The notes below the pieces were generated by a model. The model did not search any database. It was not told the origin of the DNA and saw nothing but the letters and a program-made list of their open reading frames with translations. This document shows, piece after piece, positions 38,401 to 50,400 of a stretch of 57,067 nucleotides of DNA (positions within the stretch are counted from its first letter, which is position 1; each line of letters starts with the position of its first letter). The stretch comes from Callorhinchus milii (taxonomy: Eukaryota), in the NCBI RefSeq assembly GCF_018977255.1, contig NW_024705278.1:1-57067 (forward strand). Reading direction: 5' to 3'. The position numbers and the translations under genes were made by a program.

Positions 38401-41400
38401 AATTAAGACAGTACCGCGACGGCGACCGATTATAATCAAGTTAAGAAGGGGAACTGTGAATCGGAACCCTTTTTGGTCGGTAATGTGCAGCGGTATCTCT
38501 TACGTCGTAGGCACCGCCACGCCACTGAGGTATAGTATCCAGAGGCATGTAGCCTCCCGCGTCAAGGCAAATTCTAGGGCTATGTCCTCCATAGTCTGTA
38601 AGATGCTTCCGGTCGAGCGTCGCGTAACGAAAATATGGGTACCATAATTTTTGGCAAACCGGTCTGTATGTATTGGTCTAGCTTACTTAGTTAGTGTCCC
38701 GGGTAGAGGTATGCCTAATAATCCGGCTTCTTACACATAGGAACATCCATGAACCGTGATGTGTCACGCTTCCCGGAACCCCTTAAGGTGATAGTGGCAG
38801 AATCCTTGGGGATCAGCTGGGGGTAAAGAACGACACGGCTCAGCTAAGAACAATGCCTGCTAGCGAGATTTCATACTATCCGGGGCCAGATCCAAGCAAC
38901 TTAAGCATCGCCAGTAAAAGGTTAGAGAAATAATTAAGCTATGCGCGCGAATGGGGTGGGTGGACCGACGGAAGCCCCTCTAGATGACTACATCCTCCAC
39001 GATACGAGGAGAGTAAAATGAGAAAGTTGCTTGAGTTAGACGCGTAGGGGGGAATAGTGTGTTAGAACCTTGCCTATCCTAGTCGGAGTCACTGCGCGAC
39101 GATTACGTGTCACGTAAAAACTCCGGTTTTGGGATAGGGGTCTATGCTGACCCCGATTCCGAGTAACGCTAGACACCGAAAGGTCGACCGACGGTCAGTG
39201 GGAAAAGTAGGTACATGCCCATAACTTCATCCCTAAATGCCTGAAACGATATCAATAGCGAAAAATGCTACAAATTAGGCTGTTTGCTATGCATAAAATT
39301 ATTAAAGTGAATTATGAACTCGATTTTTTTACGAGTACGCAAGGTTGCAGGATCTGCTTCACGTTATAGCTCCAGGTCACCTTTATGCAAGCTCCCCGTT
39401 CGACGGGATGGTTCTGGGAATTCTTAGATTGCGTTAGTTTATGCCGATTGGCGCCCATCATCAAAACAGCTCGTTGATTTGAATCAGAATCAAAGATCAT
39501 CTCAGAGCCGCGCTTAGAAAAAGTTAACGCCTACCAGTCCTCTATCCAGTATGGCTACCCCTAACGACCGCGGTTCACCAGCGCTCCAAGCAATTTGCAT
39601 ATCTACTCCGTACTAATGGGAGAGTAACCGACGGTCACACAACATGGCCCAGGTTTGATGGACAACTGTTAATGCTTTGACGTCAATCTGAAAATGTTCT
39701 ACGTTTCTTACGACATGACACATCCAGGGGCCGTAATACTTAGTCGCCTAGCGCGAACAATATCTCTGGTCTTTATTTTGATTCTGATACAACCGTGGAC
39801 CGATGCTGTCACGGCGATAGCAGCAGGTAAGTTCTTTATGATGTTAGCTCCGCGTTGGGAAACAGCGGCTACAGTGCAATAACACTGCCACATACGGATA
39901 AACAAGTTACGCCTCGCCCGCCGTATACCACCGTCACTAAAAGGCAAGTGATGTCCATCTGAAATCTGTAATCTATCGACGAGCGTACTTACAACACATG
40001 ATAATGACATCCAAAAATGCGAGTACCATACGGGGGCACGCGCGCAATAACGTCGTCTTACCTACGTATGTGCTGAAAACGAGAACCTCGGTCAAGTAGC
40101 TAATGCAGCGGTTAAGTAGCTGTTGACGCATTCGGATTACCATCTCCCAGTATGAGTCGCATTTCTGAGTGTTTGGGACGCACTCACCGTCTATGGATAG
40201 TTTCAAATGAAGTTATGAGCTTTGCTGCCAGGTCGTCAGGCGTGTGGTTAGCCAACGAAATATGCAGACTTGGTTGAAATCTCTTATGCTAACATTACGA
40301 AAAATTTGTCCGAGCGAAATCAACCAAGCGGATAGCCATACATATAGACCTACAGCTCTCCGTTAGATGTAATCTTATGTACGAACTCCGCGAGTGACGC
40401 CTACTGCATTTGCTGTCTTAGGCCCTTATAACACTGCAGACAATAGCCTGACCCGGCTGCATACAATTTCGTTTTGTCATGGTAACACGCACCGCACCTC
40501 TTTGCATGCGAGGGAATATGCGCCAGCTTACAATGAATTTTCATATATGTTATTCCCGTAATAGCTCATGGGGGGCCAAGTTGTAAGTATTAACAACGGA
40601 GGTCATCTAATTGTCGTAACCCTATGCAACGCAGGACGCAACGTATCCAACCGCCGTTGTACTGACTACACAGAAGAAGAGCTCACAAGTCTATAGGCCC
40701 AACCCGCTGAGGGGAACTTGACCAAATAGTAGGACCGGTGGATTACCCTGTCAATAGTTTGCATGTTTCCCTGCTACGTCGAACCTTCCGAATCTTTACC
40801 GCCCGTAAAAATGAGGACTAAGGTATCGTGTTCGGCTCATAATCAAAACACGGATTGCAAATTCTGCATACCAAAACAATATACGTGAGCACTTCAATGT
40901 TGACACAGTAGGCAGCTAAGGGGCCTCACGGTTTAGTTGTTCTTCAGCCTAGGCCTTAACCACACTTGGCCAGAATGACGATCTCCATGGCATGTTGAAT
41001 ACATCTGTGTTGCAGCATATAGCTTCTGGATCGAGGACCCGGCCCGTTAGAAGTTTTCGCTGCTCCGGCAAAGACTGATATCAGTCATGTATAAAAGGTA
41101 TACATGCGCTTCAGAACCTATAACCATTCTACATCGCAAGTTACATACACCCGGGCCCTGTTTAAACCACAGCAGTGTTCACGGTCCTGTTACACATTGT
41201 ATGTTCCTAGAGAACCCGATAAGTCTTGACCTAAAACCCCTTCGCCTATTCAATTCCAGAACCAGTATCTACCAACTACAAGGTTGTAATTCCAGCTAGA
41301 TTCATCGAGAAGGCTGAGCAAGCTCGCCGGTTAACTCCGTAGAGCCGAGTCTCTCTATTGTAGTGTCATCTTTGATCATTCGGCCTTTCACGGTCTGTAC

Positions 41401-44400
41401 TATTCCGGGAACAGCTACTGTTTACGCTGCTAGACACACTAAATCCCGACTTAGTGGACCTTTTTCCAAGCTGTATTGCACTTGTTAAACCCAGTAATTA
41501 GAAGTCCGCTTCGCACACCTCAGTCTTTACTTCGACCGTAAGTTCTCAATAGCGCGTCAATTAAGAGTCGCCACCGTAACGAGTATTTGCTCGGCAAGAA
41601 TCGAAAAGACGTCGGGTCGTGCCACGTGAGAAGTGGTGGGTTTACTTTCGACTGACTAACCGCATTGAACCTGGGCTCATAATATCGTACTCGTAGTAGG
41701 CAAATCCGTCGCGTGAATACGATGCTGGAGCGCTGATTGCTAGAGACAACCTTGTGCAAAAACGCCTGGCGTGGTTAACGCGTCCTGGCGCATATTCCCT
41801 GTTTCCGACGACTCGTGATTGCGCGTTTCAGCCCTATTGCGAGTTAATACCCTAGAGGGAGAGTGTGATTGCGAGGCCTTGCTTTTTGCCGTAATCGCAA
41901 ACGGGGATGTCTTAGCACGACCGAATCCACGCCTTACAACTAAAGAATTTATAGTTGTCGCTAAACTAAGGGTTGTGCTCGATAGTATACTTGTGGTACG
42001 GTTACAATGCTACCCGAAATTAGATAGAGCGTCCACCAACCGTAAATTTGCCTTTGAATGCTAGGAGTTGCCCTGGCAGTAGCGGGGGTGCTGCAACGTG
42101 CAAATGAGCCTCCCGGTATTTGGCCATTCAAATTCCCACCACCGGAGTCCCGTCGAAATACCGCCTATTTCCACATGTGTAGGTGGGCTGTGAACCCACT
42201 GTTGGTTCGTTCCTTCGGCGTGAAAGAGTGCAGACCCCATGGAGTTGTCAACCAGCGAATAGCGCAGTTAAAATCCAAGACACCCTGTGCACGCTTTAAT
42301 TCTGGACATTCGCAAACGCTATAACAGTATTTCTCCGTGAAACCCACACTCGTTGATTATTCCTAATACAAGTATAAGTTTTGGCCGGCCTCTGACATGT
42401 ACGCGTCAAATAGATTCTCGATATGAGAGCTCTGATGTCTACGCGCCGCGTTTCGCTACTAAGACCTTGATGACGTATCACGGACTCTTCCCCGTCTAGA
42501 TCCTCCTGCCTAGTATACTATGCGAGAACTAGGCCTCTTGTGCACTCGCTAAAGAACGATCTTTGAGTCACGTTTCTAGACAAGTGAATTCGAATATCTA
42601 TTATCTTGCATCTTAAGGCACACCAATTTTAAATGCACATAACTCAGAAATTCGATCGCGTATAACCGCTGTCTCCGGGTACGACGCCTCATGACTAGTG
42701 AAAACCAACGGCACGATAAACGAGTATCAGGTCATTGGGTTTATTATCTGTTCAGTTGTTAACAGGTTCCAGTAGCCTCGCCGTGTAGCTAAAACTACAG
42801 GAATACTTCGGCGACACACTCCGGGCTTGTTAAAAGGCTCTAATGGAAAGGCCGGGGACCCCAGTTGAGCAACGGGCAACTTTCTACATCCGTACGACCC
42901 GTCTTCCGGCACTCGTTAAGTTATTGACGAGCTTCTCGAGCCTTGGCAGAGGTAGCGGTAGTTCCTCTAATACGTCCATAACAGGGGCTACATTCACCGG
43001 GAGCATCTTGCTTACTCGCCAAACCTAAGAAGCGGCTCATTTCTAAACTCTAATCCCAAGCTGGGTTACCGACCGTTTCCCCTACATACTTCAACTAGGC
43101 CAGCCATAGCGAAGCAAGACGCCAATAGGACGTCCTTAACTCATGGAGCTACGACAAAAGGCTGAGTGGAGTAACGACGATTTGTTCAATACTTAAAGCC
43201 ATTTACAGGAACCTAGAGGTGGGCGGAGCTAATAAGGACCTAGATGCTCAACGCGGAGGCGACTCGTTAACCCATTGACGCCACGTAGGACGCATCAAAA
43301 TTAGGTGTTATCGACAAGTTTACTTTCAAACCCTAGAGTCCTATTGGCGGCATATGGACTAAAGTTTGGACTTCCTAACGAACATTTCCCATCTTGTTCG
43401 TTCGGTATTTGAGTAAGACGCAAATCTGTCCCTTCGGCGGTGTTGAGGAAAAGAGAGGGTCTAGTGGTCAGTAAGTTCAGGAGCCCTTCGAGAGTGGGAC
43501 AAGTATCTACATGCGCAGTTAAAGAATACGTGGCTGAGTGGCTCCAGCCGCCCATGGGGCTAGGAGTGCGTCCTTATGGTAGGAGGTTAATCCCCTCGCA
43601 GGGTTGCAGGATGGAGTGCGGGGACGCTAACCGGAAACGGAATTAAAAAATGGTGGCGGTTGGCAGCTCATGAAAAGTTTTCGGCAGATGCTGAATTTAG
43701 CATCAATTGGTCTAGCAAGGCGAAGGACATCATGTGTGGGACGCGCTGCAAAATTAACGAATGTAAGTACTCGGGCTCTGCATCTCTGCTAGAGTCACTG
43801 ATCTTTGTGCTCTGATGCTTGCCGGCATGTAACTAGGTTTACTAGACAGAGACACAAACTAAGCGCTATAGCAAAGACAAGCGACACACGTGCCGGTGTG
43901 ATAGCTGACCCGACATTTGCCTCGATAACTGTACGTCTAAGCATTTTCAAAATTTTGACTAGAGAATCAGTACGATTATCCACCGGTCGCGATGAGTGTC
44001 ATGACAGTGTTAGGGCCGCCCTAAACATGAACAAACCCGCGATTTTGAAAAAGTTGGGGACAAGATGCTGCCCACCTCCACCGCGCCAGCGGCTATACGT
44101 TATTAGACCTAGGTTAAATCCCATCTAATTCATATGAAGTGTAGGGTAGCTCATGCACCATGGAGATAAAGTACATCGAGCGGTTACGAGGTTGCCAACA
44201 TACCAGAGCTAGACGCAAGTGGGGGCAATTCTTGTAACTGATCCGCGTCGTACATTTCATGATTCAACCCAGGCTTGCCATTTGCCCTACCCGGAGTCGT
44301 GTGCCGAACTGATCGACTTTTGGCGGAGAGCCTTTCCGTTGTTGTAGTTGTGATAGATGTCGCGGATAGGGTTAATCAGTAATGCGATACAAACCCTCAG

Positions 44401-47225
44401 GAGGGCACAGTTGCTAGCCTCACACCACGTGTTTCCCGGACTTGATAGACACGAGAGCGCACTTTCTGTCAATTTGACACCTGTAACTCACGTATAAGGT
44501 AATATCTCTTTCGACAGAGGTTTAAAACTAGGAGTCACAAGTGAGGTATTACTGCTCTAGTTTAACCACAGACGTGTGTGGTTAAACTTAAAACCGTCTA
44601 TCGGCGGGGTTTTGGGAGTCCAAACTTTACCGCACTGCCACACGCTTCGATCCATACGAGGTCATCAATTCTCCTAAGTGACCGATTGACGCTTACCCGT
44701 CTGTAGAACCGCCGATCTACAGTTTCGTAGAAATGAGCGGCGTCTCGGCAGCCAACCAGAAAGGGTACGGCAAGTAGTTGTAGCTCATAAGTACCTCGGC
44801 TAGAACGGCAGTCAGTTACATAACTTCAAACCGCATTCTTTAGATAACGACAAAGCATTTACTAGTCGATCTCGTCCACGGATGACGCGTATACAGATGC
44901 CATTAAAACACTCCACGGCACTTTTTTCATCTATTAATTAAGGAACTTTCAAACAGTCCTACGTTTATAATCATAAACGCTGTGACATCGGGGGTAAGAG
45001 GAGAGGAGCGAGGTCATTCGCCAAAAAGCGGAAAAGCCCTTCTGGCCTCATTTAGATTACAGTGCAGACACTGATCGACGAATTGGGTTGTACAGTAGCT
45101 TCCGCCAAAGGATTGTCTCCCAGCTGTCTCAGCGCTAGTCGAGCACTTATGCCTCCCAAGTTTCCCTGAGGCTGCCGTTTCATGTTCTAAGCCAGGATAG
45201 CAGCCTGACGTAATCTGCCCTGCGTCAGCCGGAAACTCCTGGCTTTCTTATCCCATTCTTTACATCTATTTACCTGAAAGCACACGTAAACGGCAATGTC
45301 GAGGTCGTCTTTACTCTTGTAGGACGTGAATTTTTCATACCCCCGCCACGAGGCTAAACAAAGCTTACTGGCGGCTGTGTAGGGGGTGAGCGGAATTTAA
45401 GCTCGAGTAATTAGGGAAGACTAACCCAGCAAAGTTGGATGCTTTTCGTGAAGTAACCTGAGAACTCCAACGCCAACGGTCAGTCGCTATGATACATACC
45501 AGTGCGCAGGCGCCCCCAAAGCACTTACAGACGGTGGAAGGAAACTGCTGCTACAGTGCTCGCATTTTAGGAAAGTAGGCTCCACAGAGACGTAGCTTGT
45601 ACCTTTCTCAAAATGTGGTCCTTCCCTCGTAGAGAACCCTTTTGAGACTAGCGAATATGGCAACGCTACGTGCAATAGACGCCGTAGAATGGTTCATGTC
45701 GATAAGCGATTTGTATTTCATTATTCATTACCAACACTTAATGGTGCGCGCTGCGAAGGGTCCTTGTGCGCATAAAGTCGAATAAAAGGGCGACGGCAGA
45801 TCAGGTGGAATACCCCCACAAGCGCAATCCAAGCAGAGAAACTTTGAGGGTCATGGTCGAGTCACCCACGATAGGCTGCCACAATGTTGCACACCAACTT
45901 AAAGTGGTCAAGAATTACGATCGGGGTCGAAATACATCGGAAGTCGTCAGTAGCAGGCCTCAGACCTTATGTACGTATCACCGTCCCTACCAACGTCGAT
46001 TGTTCGTGTATCAGAAATGGGACCACCTTGGTCTATCGACGCAGCAGCTCCCATCCACTCCCGGCGGCCATACAAGCATGCGGCGCCACGGAACCAATTG
46101 GGAGTGCAAGGGAGCTGAACCCTCCGTTGGAAGCAGTGCAAGTGTTCAGACCTTTAAGAGTGTTTAGATCAAATTTGTGTCTCTTTCGCGTCTCAATACC
46201 AATGTGATGTTCGCGACGGCATAGGTTGAACTGCTCTAGGTACGAAGCTTTGTTACTCGTTTGTTCTCTGGCAATGATATAGCTGGATCTTTATAAACGC
46301 AATATTCGATCACATGAAAGAAAGAATGAACCGATCCTCAACGTTTGCATCTGGAGGTGGTACAGAAAGGTTTCACCCTAACTGCAGTACATATCGGTAG
46401 TCAGAACGCCTGATACACGAAGCCCTTACTGACCTTTGTGGTGTGGGAGCATCACAGACTGGACACACCATACATCGCAAACGCCGAGCAGCCGAGCAGG
46501 TAAGCGGAAACGTTTTATGATTATCAACAGTTCCGCTATATCCCCTACCGAATGGGAAAAGCACTTATTATTCCCACAGAACACTGACAGGAAAGGCATC
46601 AGGTTGTTTGAGGTTTTAATTAGTACGGAGAGGCTAGAGTCCTCAGTACTCGACCAAGTTCCTCGGGTGATGCAGTGATATGCGGTGCGCTATGGCCGTA
46701 GCGATCTAAGTCTCTAGCTACACGAGGTGTGCCCATCAATGTAAGAAATCAGGGTGGCTGGGACAGAGGCTCCGCGGCCTTTAAGTATTTACTCAAAAAA
46801 AAAGTAAGAGGTTCGGGCCGCAATCGGTTAACTCCAGTCAGCGAAATACAAGTGGCACGTAACAAGCCTGACATCTGCGCCTAACCCCCATACCCCTAAG
46901 AAGTCGGCACTAGGAGGCATGGTTTGCATTTAAAGCCTGGAGGTTCACGGTTTAAAATTACACAATATTGCACAGACGTGGTCGCGAGGTACGGACCCCC
47001 TCCAGCTTCTAGGCTCAGTTTTTGCCCCACCACTGACTTGAACTAAATCCATGCTCCCTTATCCCAACCACGGTCAGTTATGTGCGGCCTCTCCTTTGAA
47101 CACTGCGCTCTCTCAACTGTACGGCGTGTTAAGGGGTATATACGAAAACTCGAACTGCACAAGAAGATGAGACACCACCAGCAGAGTCAGTTAGTGCTCA
47201 AAATCCATCTATGGTGTTTGGATGT
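35482..47225. other. 11.7-kb featureless random-like block (probably artificial or shuffled sequence)
   Basis: By eye: near-uniform base usage, frequent CpG and TpA, no microsatellites, none of the repeat families that saturate the flanks. Longest ORF is 133 aa with no recognisable motif. Both borders are abrupt. Confidence 0.75.
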
Positions 47226-47419
47226 CGCGATGGATGGGAGCCAGTGACATGGGGTGAGGTCTGTGGCTGATGGAGGCACCGGGGGCGTGGCCTCACCGAA
47301 GGGGGGGTGTGTCTGACGCCCCCCCTCAGTGAGGCAGATGTGATAGCTGCCGACCCTGGTGCTTTTTCATTGCAGTTTTCATGACGAGATCAGCGAGCCT
47401 ACGTATCTTTATACACATA

Positions 47420-50400
47420 CAGTAGAACCTCTGGTCACGAACGCTTCTGACCACGACCAAATTGGGTTCCATCCAAAACATTGACATTTTTGAATCTGGT
47501 CACGAACACATACTCGGGTGGCGATCAAACACGGGCCGCGGCCGATTTCCCCTTGCGCGACATTTTTGTTGTTGAATTACACAAAGCGAACAGTTATGTA
47601 TATAACTTTTGCTATATAAATTCCTAGTAAGATATACATTTTGTGAGTGTAGTCATACTCCTCCCCCCTCATTCAAGCCATAATTTAGAGAGCGACAGCG
47701 CTGAGTACGTAAATTGCTAACATAAGAACCCGTTAATCTCTTCTCGCATCATTCATACGATGATGCGGTGAAGTAAACATTCATACGATATTACGGTGAA
47801 TGCTTCCAAAAACAATACTGTACCCAAATATTACTGTTAACTTATTTTCAATAGAAATGTAATGCGAGCGTAAATGGGAAGGCCGGATGTGACGATCCGA
47901 GAGGGAGGAGTCAGGGTCACGTGGGAGAGAGGTTATAGGAGGGAGCCCGGAAGAGATCGGGGCAGTCGATGGAGTGAAGAGGCGGGACCACGTTGGGTGG
48001 CCGCCGTGCCATCAGCGCGAGGCTGATAGGGCTTGGCACCCCGCCAGCTAGCGGTGTGCGGAGAGAGAGCGGAGTGTGCGGGGCGCACAGGGCGTGCGAG
48101 GTTGCACGGGGCTAATAGAGTGGCTAGCGGGACCGTGCGGGTAGCACGGGGGCTAGCGAGGGCTAGCGGAGCATGCGAGGTTGCACGGGCAGCAGAGTGG
48201 CTGCAGAGTGTGCGGGAGCACACGGAGCAGCGGGGTGGCTGCAGAGTGCGCGGGGCGCGAGGAGAGACGACGCTGGGCCGAGGAGGAGGCAGCGGGGTGC
48301 GCAGGAGAAGAATAAAATAAAGGACCAACGAAGAGTGACATCGTGTGAGGAGCCTTTATGACATTGGAGTCAGAAGTGGACTTTTTCAAGGCTAAATAAC
48401 ATCGAGGAAGAGGGCCGAGAACTTGAAAAAGTGTAACCCACTTGTTACGTCTTTCGACGACGAAGAAACGGCCGCCGGCGCACGTCCTCCAGCGGCCACG
48501 TGGTGGTCCAACTTGAATCGCTGCGGGCCGTTCTGCCTGGTTTTTCACCCTGGTGGCGCCGGCGACGAGGCAGGATCGGCCACGCGGCAGGCCTGAAAGC
48601 GGTGAGCCTTCGAGTGGGGCTGAGCCGTCCGCCATTGGGGCCTGGCCCACGCTTCCCGTCCTCTCCGACACGCGGCAGGGCGCCGCCATCTTGGGTGTGG
48701 TCGGGGAGGAAGGTGGGAAGCCACCATCTTGTCGTCGCCGCGGCGGGAAGCCCACCATCTTCAATATGCGGCGGAGAGGCGGCCGTGCGCTGCCATCTGG
48801 AGGCGCCGGTGGTGTGCAGCCTGCTGCTGAGCTGCTGTTTTGCGGGGAGGAGCCGCAGGAGAGGACGCCGACGCTGCTGCTGCTGGGGCGGGAGCACTCC
48901 CGTCCTGGCTCGTGTACGAGACACCGGAGCAGTCAAGGGAGGACGCTGCGCTCACCGTCGAGTTTGCGAGGCGTTTCAAGTTAACATCCTGCCGTCCTCT
49001 GCTCGCTGCAGCCCGGGCGAGTCGTAACGATATGCACCCGGCCCTAACACACACCTCACCCATCTAGGTGTGCCGGGGGTGCGATTGTTGTCATGTCTTG
49101 AGCGTGCAGAGCGCGGTTCGGGCTGTGTGTGTGTGTTACGATGGACGCGCTATCTGCTTGTTTGCTCAGTGTCAAATAGTGTGTGTGCGTTGGGCGTGGA
49201 GTTGTTATCTTGATGGCGAAGTTAATTATTAATTCGGTGTCGTGTATCCCGCGCTGTACCATCCCGTGGGTTGCCGTGTGCGACATGGTAATGAAAAAAA
49301 AAAATTTGGGTGTTGTTGCTGCATGGTACGACTGAGTTAATGGTGTGTCTGCCTGCAGCTCTGCTTGCTATTGTGCATGAATTACGCTTGTGATCGCGAT
49401 ATGCTGACTGCATGTGCTGTATACACTGTTCTGTACGGATACGGAGTGCTGTGCATTGGTTGTGATGTACCTGTTAGGAAATTGTTCAAAATTCGGGGGG
49501 GGCCCAAAAATTTGGTCGTATGAGTGTTCATGCACACGAGATTGCGTGTGTGTTAAAGCAAATTGCGAGTGTTGAGAGATGGGGCCGTAAATTGCCGCCA
49601 AGTGGCGTCGCTCATTCTGTTGATTGCATGCGGCCAGGTTGCATTGCGAGTTGCAAGTGGCGTCGCTCATTCTGTTGATTGCATGCGCCAGGGGTTGCAT
49701 TGCGAGTTGGTGTGTGTAAGCAAAGTGTCTTGGTCAAATATGGGTAAAAATTCCCCCGATACGACTGCTGTGCGCAGCGAGCTGCGGCTGTGCGTCCTAT
49801 CGTTGGGGGTTGTTAAAACGTGACGGGGATGTGTGTTTGACCCCCAGCAAAGGGCAGCTGGGGTGCACGCACGGGGAAAACTGGCGACGTGGTCGCACGT
49901 TGGGCCGCCATTTTGAGCGTGCGCGGGAAATTGCGGGGATGCGCTTGGCGCAAGGGCCGCCATTTGACGCGCGCGGGAAAAACCTCGGTGGGCGCTCGCG
50001 CGGGCCGCCACCATTTTGAGTATACACATCGACCGCGGGATTGGTTATGGATATCATCCCTTGACTCTCGTGTTGCTCTAACTTGTGTGCGGCATGCGTT
50101 TGTGCGCAATGCTGCGTTTGCGCCCATCGGGTAACAGCGAGTGGCACGTGCTGACTAAAGAGGGATGTCAGCACCATTATTGGACAGAGATGCGGCTGGT
50201 TCTATCTGGGCAAATATTTCATCAGTATATGCCTGCCATTGTTGAGTGGGTGATGCACGAGTTGTGGTCACATCGGCCTATGGCTGATGGCTGACCTGAC
50301 AGCCCGGAGGCGAGACACTCCGTGGTATGTCTCAAATTAATGGGCCGTGTGCTCATATGGCTCGGGGAGTCGTGGTTCAGTTGTGCGGTGGCAGACTGAA

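Noticed and set aside
35482-47225. Short ORFs (60-133 aa) as a phage, viral or horizontally acquired gene cluster
   Set aside because: Lengths and density look like chance ORFs; no motifs, operon-like packing or repeats seen. I do not claim a novel system here.
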